NCBI GenBank assembly: GCA_963715085.1
Contig: CAVQQU010000006.1
Location: forward strand, 287,906 to 351,905
Source of the DNA: an uncultured Chloroflexia bacterium
GTDB lineage: Bacteria > Chloroflexota > Limnocylindria > Limnocylindrales > CSP1-4
Direction of reading: 5' to 3'
Length of the DNA: 64,000 nt
Part shown: positions 42,647-52,936 of the stretch, one piece after another
Layout of the letters: every line of letters begins with the position of its first letter
Position numbering within the stretch: position 1 is the first letter of the stretch
Translations under genes and position numbers: made by a program
Notes under the pieces: generated by a model
What the model saw: the letters and a program-made list of their open reading frames with translations, nothing else
The model's database searches: none
Told to the model about the DNA's origin: nothing

Positions 42647-43812
42647 GTGCCGGGCGCCGCCAGGTTCGACGTCCTCGTTCCGCCGCCCGCCGACGGCTCC
42701 ACCCGGGCGCGACTCGGCCGCCTGGAGCTGCCCGCACGGGGCCGTGGAGACGCCGACCTTCATGCCCGTCGGCACCAACGCCACGGTCAAGGCGCTCCAC
42801 CCCGACGACCTGGAGGAGGCCGGCGCCGCGATCATCCTGGCCAACACGTACCACCTCTACCTGCGTCCGGGCCACGAGCGGATCGCGCGGCTCGGCGGCC
42901 TCCATCGCTTCATGGGCTGGGATCGACCGATCCTCACCGACTCGGGCGGCTTCCAGGTCGTCTCGCTCGGCGACCTCAACGCGATCGACGACGACGGGGT
43001 CACGTTCCGCAGCCACCACGACGGGTCGTGGCATCGCTTCACCCCGGAATCGTCGATCGCGATCCAGGAGGCGCTCGGGCCCGACGTCGCCGTCGCCTTC
43101 GACCAGCCGGTCCCGCCCGCGTCGACGGACCCGCGCGACGTGGCCGTCGCCACCGAGCGGACGCACCGCTGGGCCGAGCGATCGCTGGCCGCCCACCACC
43201 GCGAGGACCAGGCCCTCTTCGGCGTCATCCAGGGCGGCCTCGACCCGGACCTTCGCCGCGAGTCGACCGCGTTCATCGCCGGCCTCCCCTTCGACGGGCT
43301 CAACATCGGCGGCCTCGCCGGCGACGAGACGGCGGCGGAGCGCGAGGCGGTCCTCGACATCGTCGTGTCCGCCACTCGACGGCGATCCGCGGGTGCGCTA
43401 CCTGATGGGCCTGGGCTCCCCGGCCGACATGCTCGAGGCGGTCCACCGGGGCGTCGACGTGTTCGACTCGGTCCTGCCGGCGCGGGTGGCCCGCAACGCC
43501 CAGCTGTGGGTCCCGGGAGGCCGCCTCAACCTGCGCAACGAACGCTTCCGCGACGATCCCCGGCCGATCCAGGAGGGCTGTCGCTGCCTCGCCTGCCGGC
43601 GCTTCTCGCGGGCGTACCTCGCCCACCTCTTCCGGGCCGGCGAGCTGCTCGCGTACCGCCTCGCGACTTGTCACAACCTGACCTTCACCCTAGACTTCAT
43701 GGCCGGGATCCGGAGCGCGCTGCGCGACGGAACCTTTCCCCAGCGCCTTCCGGAGCTGCGCTCGCTGGCGAGCCGGCCAAGCCGCAGTGAAGCGGCAGTG
43801 CAGTCCCGGTGA
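42647..43812 (+). CDS. tgt: queuine tRNA-ribosyltransferase; about 3 frame changes
   Basis: [51 protein letters not shown], and [32 protein letters not shown]. The zinc site is [17 protein letters not shown]. Confidence 0.9.
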
Positions 43813-43855
43813 AGGCCGTGCCGGTACCCTCGAGCTACGCGGAGGCGCTTCGACG

Positions 43856-44014
43856 ATGGGCTCCCGAGACCGTCCTCATCGCGAAGCGAAGAAGAAGGCC
43901 AAGGCGGCCGATCCGAAGCCGACGCTGTCGCCGTATCTCGAGCCGCCGCAGAGCGTCGAGATCATCAAGCCGAAGCGGAAGCCGCGGACCGTCGTCGAGA
44001 CGGACGAGAGCTGA
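43856..44014 (+). CDS. small Lys/Pro-rich basic protein (52 aa), function unknown
   Basis: GGAGG lies 11 nt upstream of ATG 43856. The product is MGSRDRPHREAKKKAKAADPKPTLSPYLEPPQSVEIIKPKRKPRTVVETDES. It is part of ORF 43787..44014. Confidence 0.4.
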   Translation: MGSRDRPHREAKKKAKAADPKPTLSPYLEPPQSVEIIKPKRKPRTVVETDES

Positions 44015-44079
44015 GATCCGGGGCGGGCGTGCGTCGTCCGATCCGCCGGGGCCGTGGGCACGGACAGGAGCGTGACGAG

Positions 44080-45148
44080 ATGGCGATGACGAGCGACCGG
44101 CGGGTCGAGCAGGCGACCGAGAAGGCGGCGGGCGAGCGGGGGAAGGCGGTCGAGGCCGCGATCCTCGCGATCGAGAAGCAGTTCGGGCGCGGCTCGATCA
44201 TGCGCCTCGGCTCGGCCGAGCGGCAGCAGGTCGAGTCATCCCGTCGGGCTCGATCGCCCTCGACCTCGCCCTCGGCGTGGGCGGCATCCCGCGCGGCCGC
44301 GTCACCGAGATCTTCGGCCCGAGTCGTCCGGCAAGACCACGCTCTGCCAGCACATCATCGCCGAGGCGCAGAAGCGCGGCGGCGTCGCGGCCTTCATCGA
44401 CGTCGAGCACGCCCTCGACCCGGGCTATGCCCGGGCCTGCGGCGTCAACGTCGACGAGCTGCTCGTCTCGCCAGCCCGACACGGGCGAGCAGGCCCTCGA
44501 GATCACCGAGACGCTCATCCGCTCGGGCGGGATCGACGTCGTCGTCGTCGACTCGGTCGCGGCGCTGGTGCCGCGCGCCGAGATCGAGGGCGAGATGGGC
44601 GACTCGTTCGTCGGCATCCAGGCTCGCCTCATGAGCCAGGCCCTGCGCAAGCTCACCGGCGCCGTGAGCCGCTCGAACACGTCGCTCATCTTCACCAACC
44701 AGCTCCGCGAGAAGATCGGGGTCATGTTCGGCAATCCGGAGGTGACACCCGGCGGCCGGGCCCTCAAGTTCTACGCCTCGGTCCGCCTCGAGATCCGGCG
44801 CGTCGAGACGATCAAGACCGGCACGGACGCCGTCGGCAACCGGGTCCGGGTCAAGGTCGTGAAGAACAAGGTCGCGCCGCCCTTCCGGGTCGCCGAGTTC
44901 GACGTCATGTACGGCGAGGGGATCAGCCGCGAGGGCGGCCTCCTCGACGTCGGCGTGGCGATGGACGTGGTCACCAAGACGGGCGCCTGGTTCACGTTCG
45001 GCGAGACGCGCCTCGGCCAGGGCCGGGAGGCAGCGAAGACGCTTCCTGCGCGACAACCCGCCGGTCGGCCGCCGAGATCGAGGGCCGGATCCGCTCCGGG
45101 ATGTCCACGGCGGCGATCCCGGTCGAGGGGATCGAAGAGGCCGAGTAG
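44080..45148 (+). CDS. recA: recombinase RecA; about 4 frame changes in the first third
   Basis: [87 protein letters not shown]...[42 protein letters not shown] is preceded by GGACAGGAG. The stop is TAG 45146-45148. Confidence 0.92.
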
Positions 45149-45154
45149 ACCGTC

Positions 45155-45444
45155 GTGGCCTCGTCCGCCGGCCACCGCGACGCCTACCGCCGCCGATTCC
45201 GCCGCGTTCGCCGGGTCTTCGTCACCGAGGACCCCGTCTTCCTGATCGAGGCGGGCGGCCGCACGGACGAGTACGACGCCGTCGTGCGCCGCATGCTCGG
45301 CCTGATCGACGCGCGAGCGCGGCGTCGAGATCCCGAAGCTGCTGCCGGCCGAGCTCGGAGGAGCGGTTCGGCGTGACACCCGATGCGGGACGCCTGGCAC
45401 GCGTCCTCGAGGAGCTGGCCCGGGTCGGGCCGTACCGGGCGTGA
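45155..45444 (+). CDS. hypothetical small protein between recA and recX; about 2 frame changes
   Basis: ORF 45155..45376 gives [34 protein letters not shown]. Continuation in the other frames reads [13 protein letters not shown] and [28 protein letters not shown], ending at a TGA that overlaps the recX GTG (GTGA 45441-45444). Confidence 0.35.
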
Positions 45445-46027
45445 CGCGCCGGCGGGAGACGCCAGCCGAGGGTCGCGCCCGGCGCGGCGCGCGTCGACGA
45501 CGCGGCGGTCGTCCTCGAGGCCGCCGCGCGGTTCCTCGAGGTTCGCCCGCGCTCCGTCGACGAGGTCCGGCGGAGGCTGTGCGACGCCGGCTACCGGCCC
45601 GAGCTCGTCGACGGTGGCGATCGAGCGCCTCACGGATCTCGGGATGCTCGACGACGAGGCGTTCGCCCGCGCCTGGGTCGAGTCGCGGGACCGCGCCCGG
45701 CCGCGCGGCGAGCGGGCGCTGCGCGCCGAGCTGCGCCAGAAGGGCGTCGCCGATCGAGCGATGGCAGCGGCGCTTGCCGAGCGCGAGCTGGCGCCGATGG
45801 ATGCGGCGCCGGAGGCACCCGCGATCGGTCACGTCGGAGACGGCCGACGAGGTTGCCGCGGCCGCGCTGCTCGCTCGCCGCGGAGGGGCGGCCTGCGCGA
45901 GCCGGATCTCCGCAAGCGCAGAGCGAAGGCCTACGCGCTCCTCGCCCGCAACGGGTTCGACCCCGATGTGGCGGGCCGTGCGGTGGCGGCCTGGCTGGCA
46001 GCCGCGGGCGGGGAGGCCCACCGGTAA
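45441..46027 (+). CDS. recX: recombination regulator RecX; about 3 frame changes
   Basis: [79 protein letters not shown], and [19 protein letters not shown] (ORF 45383..46027 plus neighbouring frames). Confidence 0.8.
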
Positions 46028-46259
46028 GGGCCGGTCGCCCCGGCGACGAGGGCCGTTTGACCCTCCCGCGCCCCGGCCGTACCCTGTGCGCAACCCGGCC
46101 GCGTCCCCGGCCGGTGGTAATGCATCTTTCACCCGGCGAGCCCACGCCGGCCTGCCGGCCCGCGAAGCCCACTGGGGCGCTGCGGCCGGTCCGGCGATCG
46201 CCAATTCCGCGACAGACTCGACGGCCGCGCCCCGGCCGGACGGGAGGCGAGAGCACATC

Positions 46260-47792
46260 ATGGATAACCCCATCGTCGTGGTGGTGGCCCTGCTGGCGGC
46301 CATCGGCGGCGGCCTTGCCATTGGATTCCTCGCCCGAGGTCGCTGGGCCAGCCAGGCCATGCGAGCGGCCCAGGAGAAGGCCGGCCGCATCGTCGCCGAG
46401 GCGCGCACCCAGCAGAAGGAGCTGATCCTCGAGGCCAAGGACGAGAAGCTCCGTCTGCAGCGCGAGGCTGAGGACGAGGCGCGCCAGAAGCGCTCCGAGC
46501 TCTCCTCCCTGGAGCGCCGCCTCCTCACCCGGGACGAGCAGCTGGACCAGCGCACGGACATGCTGGAGGAGCGCGATCGGAAGCTCCTCGAGAAGGAGCG
46601 GGAGCTGGACCGGTCCCGCGAGGAGCTCGCCCAGGCCCGCAGCGAGCAGGTCGCCGCCCTGGAGCAGATCTCATCGATGACGGCCGACGAAGCCAAGGCG
46701 CAGCTCCTCGAGGCGGTGCGCGCCGAGGCGGAGAACGACGCCGTCCGGCTGGCCCGCGCGATCGAGCGCAAGGCTCGCGACGATGCCCAGGAGAAGGCCC
46801 GCGACGTCATCGTGACGGCCATCCAGCGCGTCGCCGCGGACCACACCGCCGAGCACACGGTCTCGGTCGTGCACCTGCCGTCGGACGAGATGAAGGGCCG
46901 GATCATCGGCCGCGAGGGCCGCAACATCCGGGCGCTCGAGCAGGCGACCGGGATCGACCTGATCATCGACGACACCCCGGAGACCGTGGTGCTGTCCGGC
47001 TTCGACCCGGTGCGCCGAGAGGTGGCCCGGATCGCCCTCACGAAGCTCATGGCCGACGGGCGGATCCACCCGGGCCGCATCGAGGAGGTCGTCGCCAAGG
47101 CCCGCGCGGAGGTCGAGCTCGTCATCCGCGAGGCGGGCGAGGCGGCCGCCTACGACGCGGGCGTCCCGGGCCTCCCGATGGAGATCCTGCGCCTGCTCGG
47201 ACGCCTGAAGTTCCGCACCAGCTACGGCCAGAACGTCCTGAACCACGTCGTCGAGACGAGCCGCCTCGCCGCCGTGATCGCGGCCGAGCTCGGCGCCGAC
47301 GTCCAGGCGGCGAAGACGGGCGGCCTGCTCCACGACATCGGCAAGGCGATCGACCACGAGACCGAGGGTCCGCACGCCGCGATCGGCGCCCAGGTTGCCC
47401 AGCGCCACGGTCTCTCCTTCAAGGTGATCAACGGCATTGCGGCGCACCACCAGGAGGTCGAGTACGCCTGCGTCGAGGCGCCGATCGTCCAGGTGGCGGA
47501 CGCGATCAGCGCCTCGCGGCCGGGCGCCCGGGGCGAGTCGGTCGAGATGTACGTCAAGCGCCTCGAGGACCTCCAGGCGATCGCCGGCAGCTTCCCCGGC
47601 GTCGATCGCACGTTCGCCGTCCAGGCCGGTCGCGAGGTCCGGATCCTCGTCCGGCCCGAGGAGATCGACGACCTTTCCGCGACCCGTCTCGCCCGCGACG
47701 TCGTGCGCAAGATCGAGGAGACCCTCTCGTATCCGGGCCAGATCAAGGTGACGGTCATCCGCGAGACGCGGTCCGTCGAGTACGCGAAGTAG
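46260..47792 (+). CDS. rny: ribonuclease Y (intact)
   Basis: A 510-aa uninterrupted stretch inside ORF 45441..47792, starting at ATG 46260 after GGGAGG. It has an N-terminal TM span, a coiled coil, a KH domain ([15 protein letters not shown]) and an HD domain ([20 protein letters not shown]...[10 protein letters not shown]). Confidence 0.93.
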   Translation: MDNPIVVVVALLAAIGGGLAIGFLARGRWASQAMRAAQEKAGRIVAEARTQQKELILEAKDEKLRLQREAEDEARQKRSELSSLERRLLTRDEQLDQRTDMLEERDRKLLEKERELDRSREELAQARSEQVAALEQISSMTADEAKAQLLEAVRAEAENDAVRLARAIERKARDDAQEKARDVIVTAIQRVAADHTAEHTVSVVHLPSDEMKGRIIGREGRNIRALEQATGIDLIIDDTPETVVLSGFDPVRREVARIALTKLMADGRIHPGRIEEVVAKARAEVELVIREAGEAAAYDAGVPGLPMEILRLLGRLKFRTSYGQNVLNHVVETSRLAAVIAAELGADVQAAKTGGLLHDIGKAIDHETEGPHAAIGAQVAQRHGLSFKVINGIAAHHQEVEYACVEAPIVQVADAISASRPGARGESVEMYVKRLEDLQAIAGSFPGVDRTFAVQAGREVRILVRPEEIDDLSATRLARDVVRKIEETLSYPGQIKVTVIRETRSVEYAK

Positions 47793-47799
47793 GGGAGGG

Positions 47800-48622
47800 G
47801 TGACCACGCCCCGCACGCCCCGCGCGTGCCGGATCCTGATGATCGGCGATGTCATCGGGAAGCCCGGCCGCGAGACGATCGAGCGGATCCTGCCGGAGCT
47901 GCGGGCCACCGACGGGATCGACTTCGTCACCGCCAACGGCGAGAACCTGGCCGGAGGGATGGGCCTCACCGCCGGGACCGCGTCGAGCCTCTTCGCGGCC
48001 GGGGTCGACGTGATCACGTCGGGCAATCACATCTGGGACAAACGCGAGATCTACCCGGCCCTCGAAGCGGACGAGCGGATCCTGCGGCCCCACAACTACG
48101 GGACCGACGGCGGTTCCCGGGCGCGGCTGGGGCGTGTTCGAGGCGGCCGACGGGACGGACGTCGCCGTGATGAACTTCCAGGGCCGAACCTACATGATCC
48201 CGATCGAGAATCCCTTCACGGATGTCGATCGTCTCCTCGACGAGGGCGCCGACGCACTGCCGCCTGTACGTCTCGTCGACTTCCACTGCGAGGTCACGAG
48301 CGAGAAGAACGCCTTCGGGCTTCATCTCGACGGGCGCGTCAGCGCGGTCGTCGGCACCCACACGCACGTGCCAACCGCCGATGAGCGGATCCTGCCCAAG
48401 GGCACCGCCTACCAGAGCGACCTCGGGATGACCGGTCCTCTCCACTCGGTCATCGGGTTCGATCCGGCCACGGTCCTGCCCCGGTTCATCAACGGCCTCC
48501 CCACCCGGTTCGAGGTCGGCGGCTGGCCGGTGGTGTTCAACGCGCTTCGGCTCGACGTGGAACCGGCGACGGGGCGCGCCCTCGCCGTCGAGCGGCTGCA
48601 ACGGACCGTGGAGCACGCCTGA
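47800..48622 (+). CDS. ymdB: YmdB-family metallophosphoesterase (2',3'-cyclic-nucleotide phosphodiesterase type); 1 frame change near 48120
   Basis: ILMIGDVIGKPGRE...FVTANGENLAGGMGLT...GVDVITSGNHIWDKREI. ORF 48134..48622 then gives VMNFQGRTYM...DFHCEVTSEKNA...GTHTHVPTADERILP.GTAYQSDLGMTG. Confidence 0.85.
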
Positions 48623-49560
48623 TGCCGCGCGACCGCCGCGCGCCGGCCAGTGGTCGCCTCATCCCGCCGAGCCCGTCGAGGGCCGACTTCCACGCCCATT
48701 CGCTCCGGTCCGACGGCCTGCTGACCCCGGAGGAGCTCGTCGCCGCGGCCGCAGCCGCCGGGGTGCGGACCCTCGCCCTGACCGACCACGACACGCTGGC
48801 CGGGTACCGCGAGCTGACCGCGCAGGGGGCGCGGCCGCTCCCCGCCGGCTTCACCCTGCTCCCGGGCGTGGAGATCAACGCCACGGTCCCCGACGCGGTG
48901 GACCTCCCGGACGGCGAGCTGCACCTGGTCGGCCTGGGCGTGGATCCCGACGCCGAGGTGTTCGAGGGACTCCTGGAGCGCCAGCGGGGGGCGCGCCGGC
49001 GGCGGTTCGAACGCATGCTCGCGCGGCTGCGCGAGCGCCGAGATGCCGGTGGACGCGCAGCTCGCCGACCTGGATCGCCGCGACGAGGAGTCGCTCGGCC
49101 GGCCGACCATCGCCCGGGCTCTCGTGGCGGCAGGGTTCGCCCGCGACGTCCAGGACGCCTTCGACCGGGTCGTCGGGCCCGGCGGGCCCGGGTACGTCCG
49201 GCGCGAGGCGCTCGGCCCGATCGACGCCCTGGCCGCGATCCGCGGCGCCGGGGGCCTGCCGGTCCTTGCCCACTTCGCGTCGGCGCCCGAGCGCCCGGCC
49301 CTGATCCGTGAGCTCATCGAGGCGGGGCTCGGCGGGATCGAGGTCCACCACCGCAGCTTCGACGCCGCGACCGTCGAGCGGATGCGCACCGTGGCGACCG
49401 CCCACCGGCTGGTCCCGTCGGGCGGCACGGACTTCCACGGCGACGAGGGCAGCTATGCCGACGCCATCGGGGAGACCTGGATCCCCGACGACGTGGCCGA
49501 CGGAGATGCGGGCGGCCCTCGGCGACCCGGCGCCCGCCGTCGGCGGCGGCCGCCCGATGA
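48622..49560 (+). CDS. PHP-domain phosphoesterase (TrpH/YciV, RNase AM-like); about 2 frame changes, 3' end inferred
   Basis: ADFHAHSLRSDGLLTPEELV..AAAAGVRTLALTDHDTLAGY...GVEINA...LHLVGLG, then ORF 49043..49720 (GRPTIARALVAAGF...VLAHF...IEVHH...PSGGTDFHG). The end is placed at TGA 49558-49560, which forms ATGA with ATG 49557. Confidence 0.7.
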
Positions 49561-49650
49561 GGACGCGAGAGCTCCCGGTCCTCGAGATCGGCCCTCCGCG
49601 GGCGTCGGCCGGCGCCGGCCTGAGCGCGGTGCGAGCTCGTCGACGGTCGC

Positions 49651-51229
49651 GTGGCCGAGTTCCGGCCGGAGGACCAGGCCCTGCCCCGGTTCTGGGTCTG
49701 GACGCTCGGGTGCCAGATGAACCGGAGCGACTCCGAGGAGATGGCGGGACGCCTCCTGGCCGCGGGCTGCGCTGAGGCGTCGTCGATGGAGGCGGCCGAC
49801 CTGGTGGTCATCAACACGTGCGCGATCCGCGAGGCGGCCGAGGCCAAGGTGATCGGGCGCCAGGGGGTTCTGCGGACGCTCAAGGCGGCGAACCCGGGAA
49901 TGCGGGTCGTCCTGACCGGCTGCGCCGTCCGCGAGCGGGACCGGGGCGGACTGGCACGACGCTTCCCGGCCGTCGACGTCTTCCTGCGCCCCGACGAGGA
50001 GCCGGAGCTCGTGGACCGGCTCGGCCTGTCCTCGGCCCAGGGGCCGGTGGGGCTCGCCCCGGCAACCGCCGCGACCACGTTCGTCAACGGCACTCCGGTC
50101 TCGGCAGCCGACCATCTCCCCGGCTCGCGGGCGGCCGCCGTCGCGGCGGGGGCCCTCCGGCGTGACTCGTCCGTCGCGGCGTGGATCCCGATCATCTACG
50201 GCTGCGACAAGACCTGCACCTACTGCATCGTCCCCTTCAGCCGTGGTCCGGAACGGAGCCGCCCGTTCGACGAGATCCTCGCGGAGGCGCGGGCGCTGGC
50301 CGCGGCCGGGTATCGCGAGATCACGCTCCTCGGCCAGAACGTCAACAGCTACGGTCACGACCTGCCCGCCGAGACGAGGTTCGGCCATGCCGCCGAGGAG
50401 CGCTGGGCGGGCCGCCGGATCGACCGGACCGGCCGTCCTGACCTCGCCGAGCTGATCCGGGCCATCGACGCGCTTCGCGGCGACGACGGACGCCCGGCGA
50501 TCCCGCGCCTGCGCTTCATCACGTCACACCCGTGGGACCTCTCCGACCGGCTGATCGCCGCGATGGCCGAGTGCCCGTCCGTCTGCGAGGCGCTCCACCT
50601 GCCGGTCCAGTCGGGCGACGATGCCGTCCTGCGGCGGATGGGGCGTCAGTACTCGATCGCGCACTACCGGGAGCGCCTGGAGCGGATCCGGACGGCCGTT
50701 CCCGGGATCGCGATCAGCACGGACGTCATCGTCGGCTTCTGCGGCGAGACGCGATGAGCAGTTCGAGGCGACGCTCGCGCTCCTTCGGGAAGCTCGGTAC
50801 GACCAGGTCTTCGCGGCAGCGTACTCGCCGCGCCCGGGAACGCCGGCCACGCGCCTCGCCGACGACGTCCCGGCGGCCGTGAAGCGCGAGCGGCTGAATG
50901 CGCTGCTCGGCGTCCAGGAGGAGATCGGCTTCGAGCGCAACCGGGAGCGCGTCGGGAGCCGAGCCTCGGTGCTCGTGGACGCGGTCGCCCGGCCACGCCC
51001 CCACGACCACGACGAGGAGGCCCCCGAGGAACGTCGGTCGGTCGCCCTCACACTGGCCGGGGAGGACCCCTTCGCCGGGCCCCTGCCCGCCGGTGTCGTG
51101 CGCCTGTTCGGCCGCTCGCGCGAGAACAAGCTCGTCCACCTGCCCGGATCGCCGGACCTCGTCGGGCAGATCGTGGAGACGCGGATCGTGGGCGCCGGAC
51201 CGTACAGCCTGCGCGGCGTTCTTGCGTAG
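49651..51229 (+). CDS. miaB: tRNA-2-methylthio-N6-dimethylallyladenosine synthase (radical SAM MiaB); 1 frame change near 50750
   Basis: FWVWTLGCQMNRSDSE...VINTCAIRE...IPIIYGCDKTCTYCIVPFSRGPERSR...ITLLGQNVNSYG...HLPVQSGDD.VLRRM.R.Y. A TRAM-like tail follows in ORF 50621..51229. An alternative start is ATG 49557 with an extra frame change. Confidence 0.88.
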
Positions 51230-51248
51230 GGCGGGGGAGGGGAGCGCC

Positions 51249-52238
51249 ATGTCGGCGTCGCCCGCGGATGCGCTGGCCTCGCGCACCGGCCGGTCCTCGG
51301 AGCGACGGCCGCCCCTCGTCGTCGTTGCCGGCCCCACCGCGACCGGCAAGACGGACCTCGCGATCGAGATCGCCCTCGCCGATCCGGGCGCCCGGGCGGC
51401 CGGCGGACATCATCTCGGCCGACTCCCGCCAGGTCTACCGCGGCATGGACGTCGGCACGGCCAAGCCGACCATGAGGAGCGCCGCGGCGTGCCTCACCAC
51501 GGCCTCGATCTGGCGGAGCCGGACCAGCCGTTCTCCGTCGCCGACTTCGTCGAGCACGCCACCGGCGTGCTGGCCGGCGCTCGCCGACGCGGAGGGGGTC
51601 GCGATCCTGGCGGGCGGCACCGGCTTCTGGATCGCGGCCGTCGCGGGCGGCCTTCCGGTCGAGCAGCTGCCCTGGGACCCGGAGGTGCGGGCCACGCTCG
51701 AGGCGGACCTGGCCCGCGACGGGCTGCCGTCGCTGGTCGACGCGCCTCCGGGGACTGGCACCCGCGCTCGCCGGCCGGACCGACCTGCGCAACCCGCGGC
51801 GCGTCGTCCGGGCGCTCGAGATCGCCACTCTTGCCGGCGATGCCGCCCTGCCCGACGCCGCGCGGCTACCCGGGGCCCATCCTGCGCATCGACCTCGACG
51901 TGCGCCGACCACGCACCGCCATCGCGCGTGGATCGCACGCGCGCGCCGAGGCGCAGCTCGATGGCGGCATCCTCCCCGAGGCGGAGGCGCTCCGCGCGCG
52001 CTTCGACCCGGGCCTGCCCGCCTTCTCCGCCATCGGCTACCGCGAGGCGTGGGACCTCCTGGACGGTCGTCTCGACCGGGGCGGCTACCTTGCCGTCAAC
52101 GTCCGCCGCAACGTCGCCTTCGCTCGCCGCCAGCGGACGTGGTTCCGCCGGGAGCGGGCTGACCTCGCGATCGACGCCACCGAGGCGGACGCGCGGCGGC
52201 GCGCGATCGACGCGGCGGTCGACTTCGCGGAGGGCTGA
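51249..52238 (+). CDS. miaA: tRNA dimethylallyltransferase; about 6 frame changes
   Basis: PLVVVAGPTATGKTDLAIEIA (P-loop), IISADSRQVYRGMDVGTAKPT, HHGLDL..PD..FSVADF, ILAGGTGFWI, NPRRVVRALEI, and AIGYRE...RQRTWFRRE, spread across three frames. Confidence 0.8.
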   Translation: MSASPADALASRTGRSSERRPPLVVVAGPTATGKTDLAIEIALADPGARAAGGHHLGRLPPGLPRHGRRHGQADHEERRGVPHHGLDLAEPDQPFSVADFVEHATGVLAGARRRGGGRDPGGRHRLLDRGRRGRPSGRAAALGPGGAGHARGGPGPRRAAVAGRRASGDWHPRSPAGPTCATRGASSGRSRSPLLPAMPPCPTPRGYPGPILRIDLDVRRPRTAIARGSHARAEAQLDGGILPEAEALRARFDPGLPAFSAIGYREAWDLLDGRLDRGGYLAVNVRRNVAFARRQRTWFRRERADLAIDATEADARRRAIDAAVDFAEG

Positions 52239-52394
52239 GACGCTGGCGCGGCGCCTGACGGGGCGCCGATCGGCTCGATCGCGCCGTCACGGCGCGTCGA
52301 GGCCGGTGCGAGAATCGCAGGGGCGCCCCGGCTCCGGCTCGCCATCCGCGGCTGCACGCCCCGCACGAGCGCAGACGCGAGGAGGTCGGCAACG

Positions 52395-52858
52395 ATGCCC
52401 ACGTTCGAGCTCCAGGAGCGCGGAGCCCCAGCCCGTCCTCGGGATCCGGCTCCACTCGCCGGTCGCCGAGATCCCGGCCCAGTTCGCCGTCGCCCTGCCG
52501 GAGGTCTGGCACGCCGCGGAGGCGATGGGCCTGCACGCCGTCCGGGCCGCCCTTCGGCCGCTACCTGTCCGACTTCGCGGCCGAGCTCGACTACGAGGCC
52601 GGTGTCCCGCTGCCGGCTCCCGCGCCGGCGTCGCACGGGCGGGCTGAGCCGGTCGAGCTGCCCGGCGGCACGCTCGCCGTGGGCTGGCACGTGGGGCCGT
52701 ACGAGACGCTGGGCGAGACGTACGGGGCGCTCATGGGCTGGATCGCCGGCCAGGGACGCGCGGTCGCGGGGCCGATGTGGGAGGTCTACTGGACGGATCC
52801 GGAGACGGAGCCGGATCCGTCGCGCTGGCGGACCGAGGTCGTCATTCCGGTCGCCTGA
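52395..52858 (+). CDS. GyrI-like small-molecule-binding domain protein; about 2 frame changes
   Basis: MPTFELQERG, PVLGIRLHSPVAEIPAQFAVALPEVW, and LPGGTLAVGWHVGPYETLGETYGALMGWIAGQGRAVAGPMWEVYWTDPETEPDPSRWRTEVVIPVA, ending at TGA 52856-52858. Confidence 0.65.
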
Positions 52859-52936
52859 GGTCGACGCGTCGTCGGCCGAGGCCGCCGGCTCGTCGGCCCG
52901 AGGCCGCCGCCCGTCGCGTCGGCTATGCTCGCGGCC

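Noticed and set aside
41482-43812. 776-aa ORF suggesting a RuvB-Tgt fusion.
   Set aside because: Only the RuvB ends and the Tgt C-terminus are in this frame, and the central parts of both genes sit in other frames. A GTG at 42647 with a nearby stop (42636-42638) marks a normal gene boundary.
45441-47792. 783-aa ORF suggesting a RecX-RNase Y fusion.
   Set aside because: Residues between about 46030 and 46260 are non-coding read-through (Pro/Arg/Gly-rich). This stretch includes a recX stop in the proper frame at 46025-46027 and a GGGAGG box before ATG 46260, where the RNase Y TM anchor begins.
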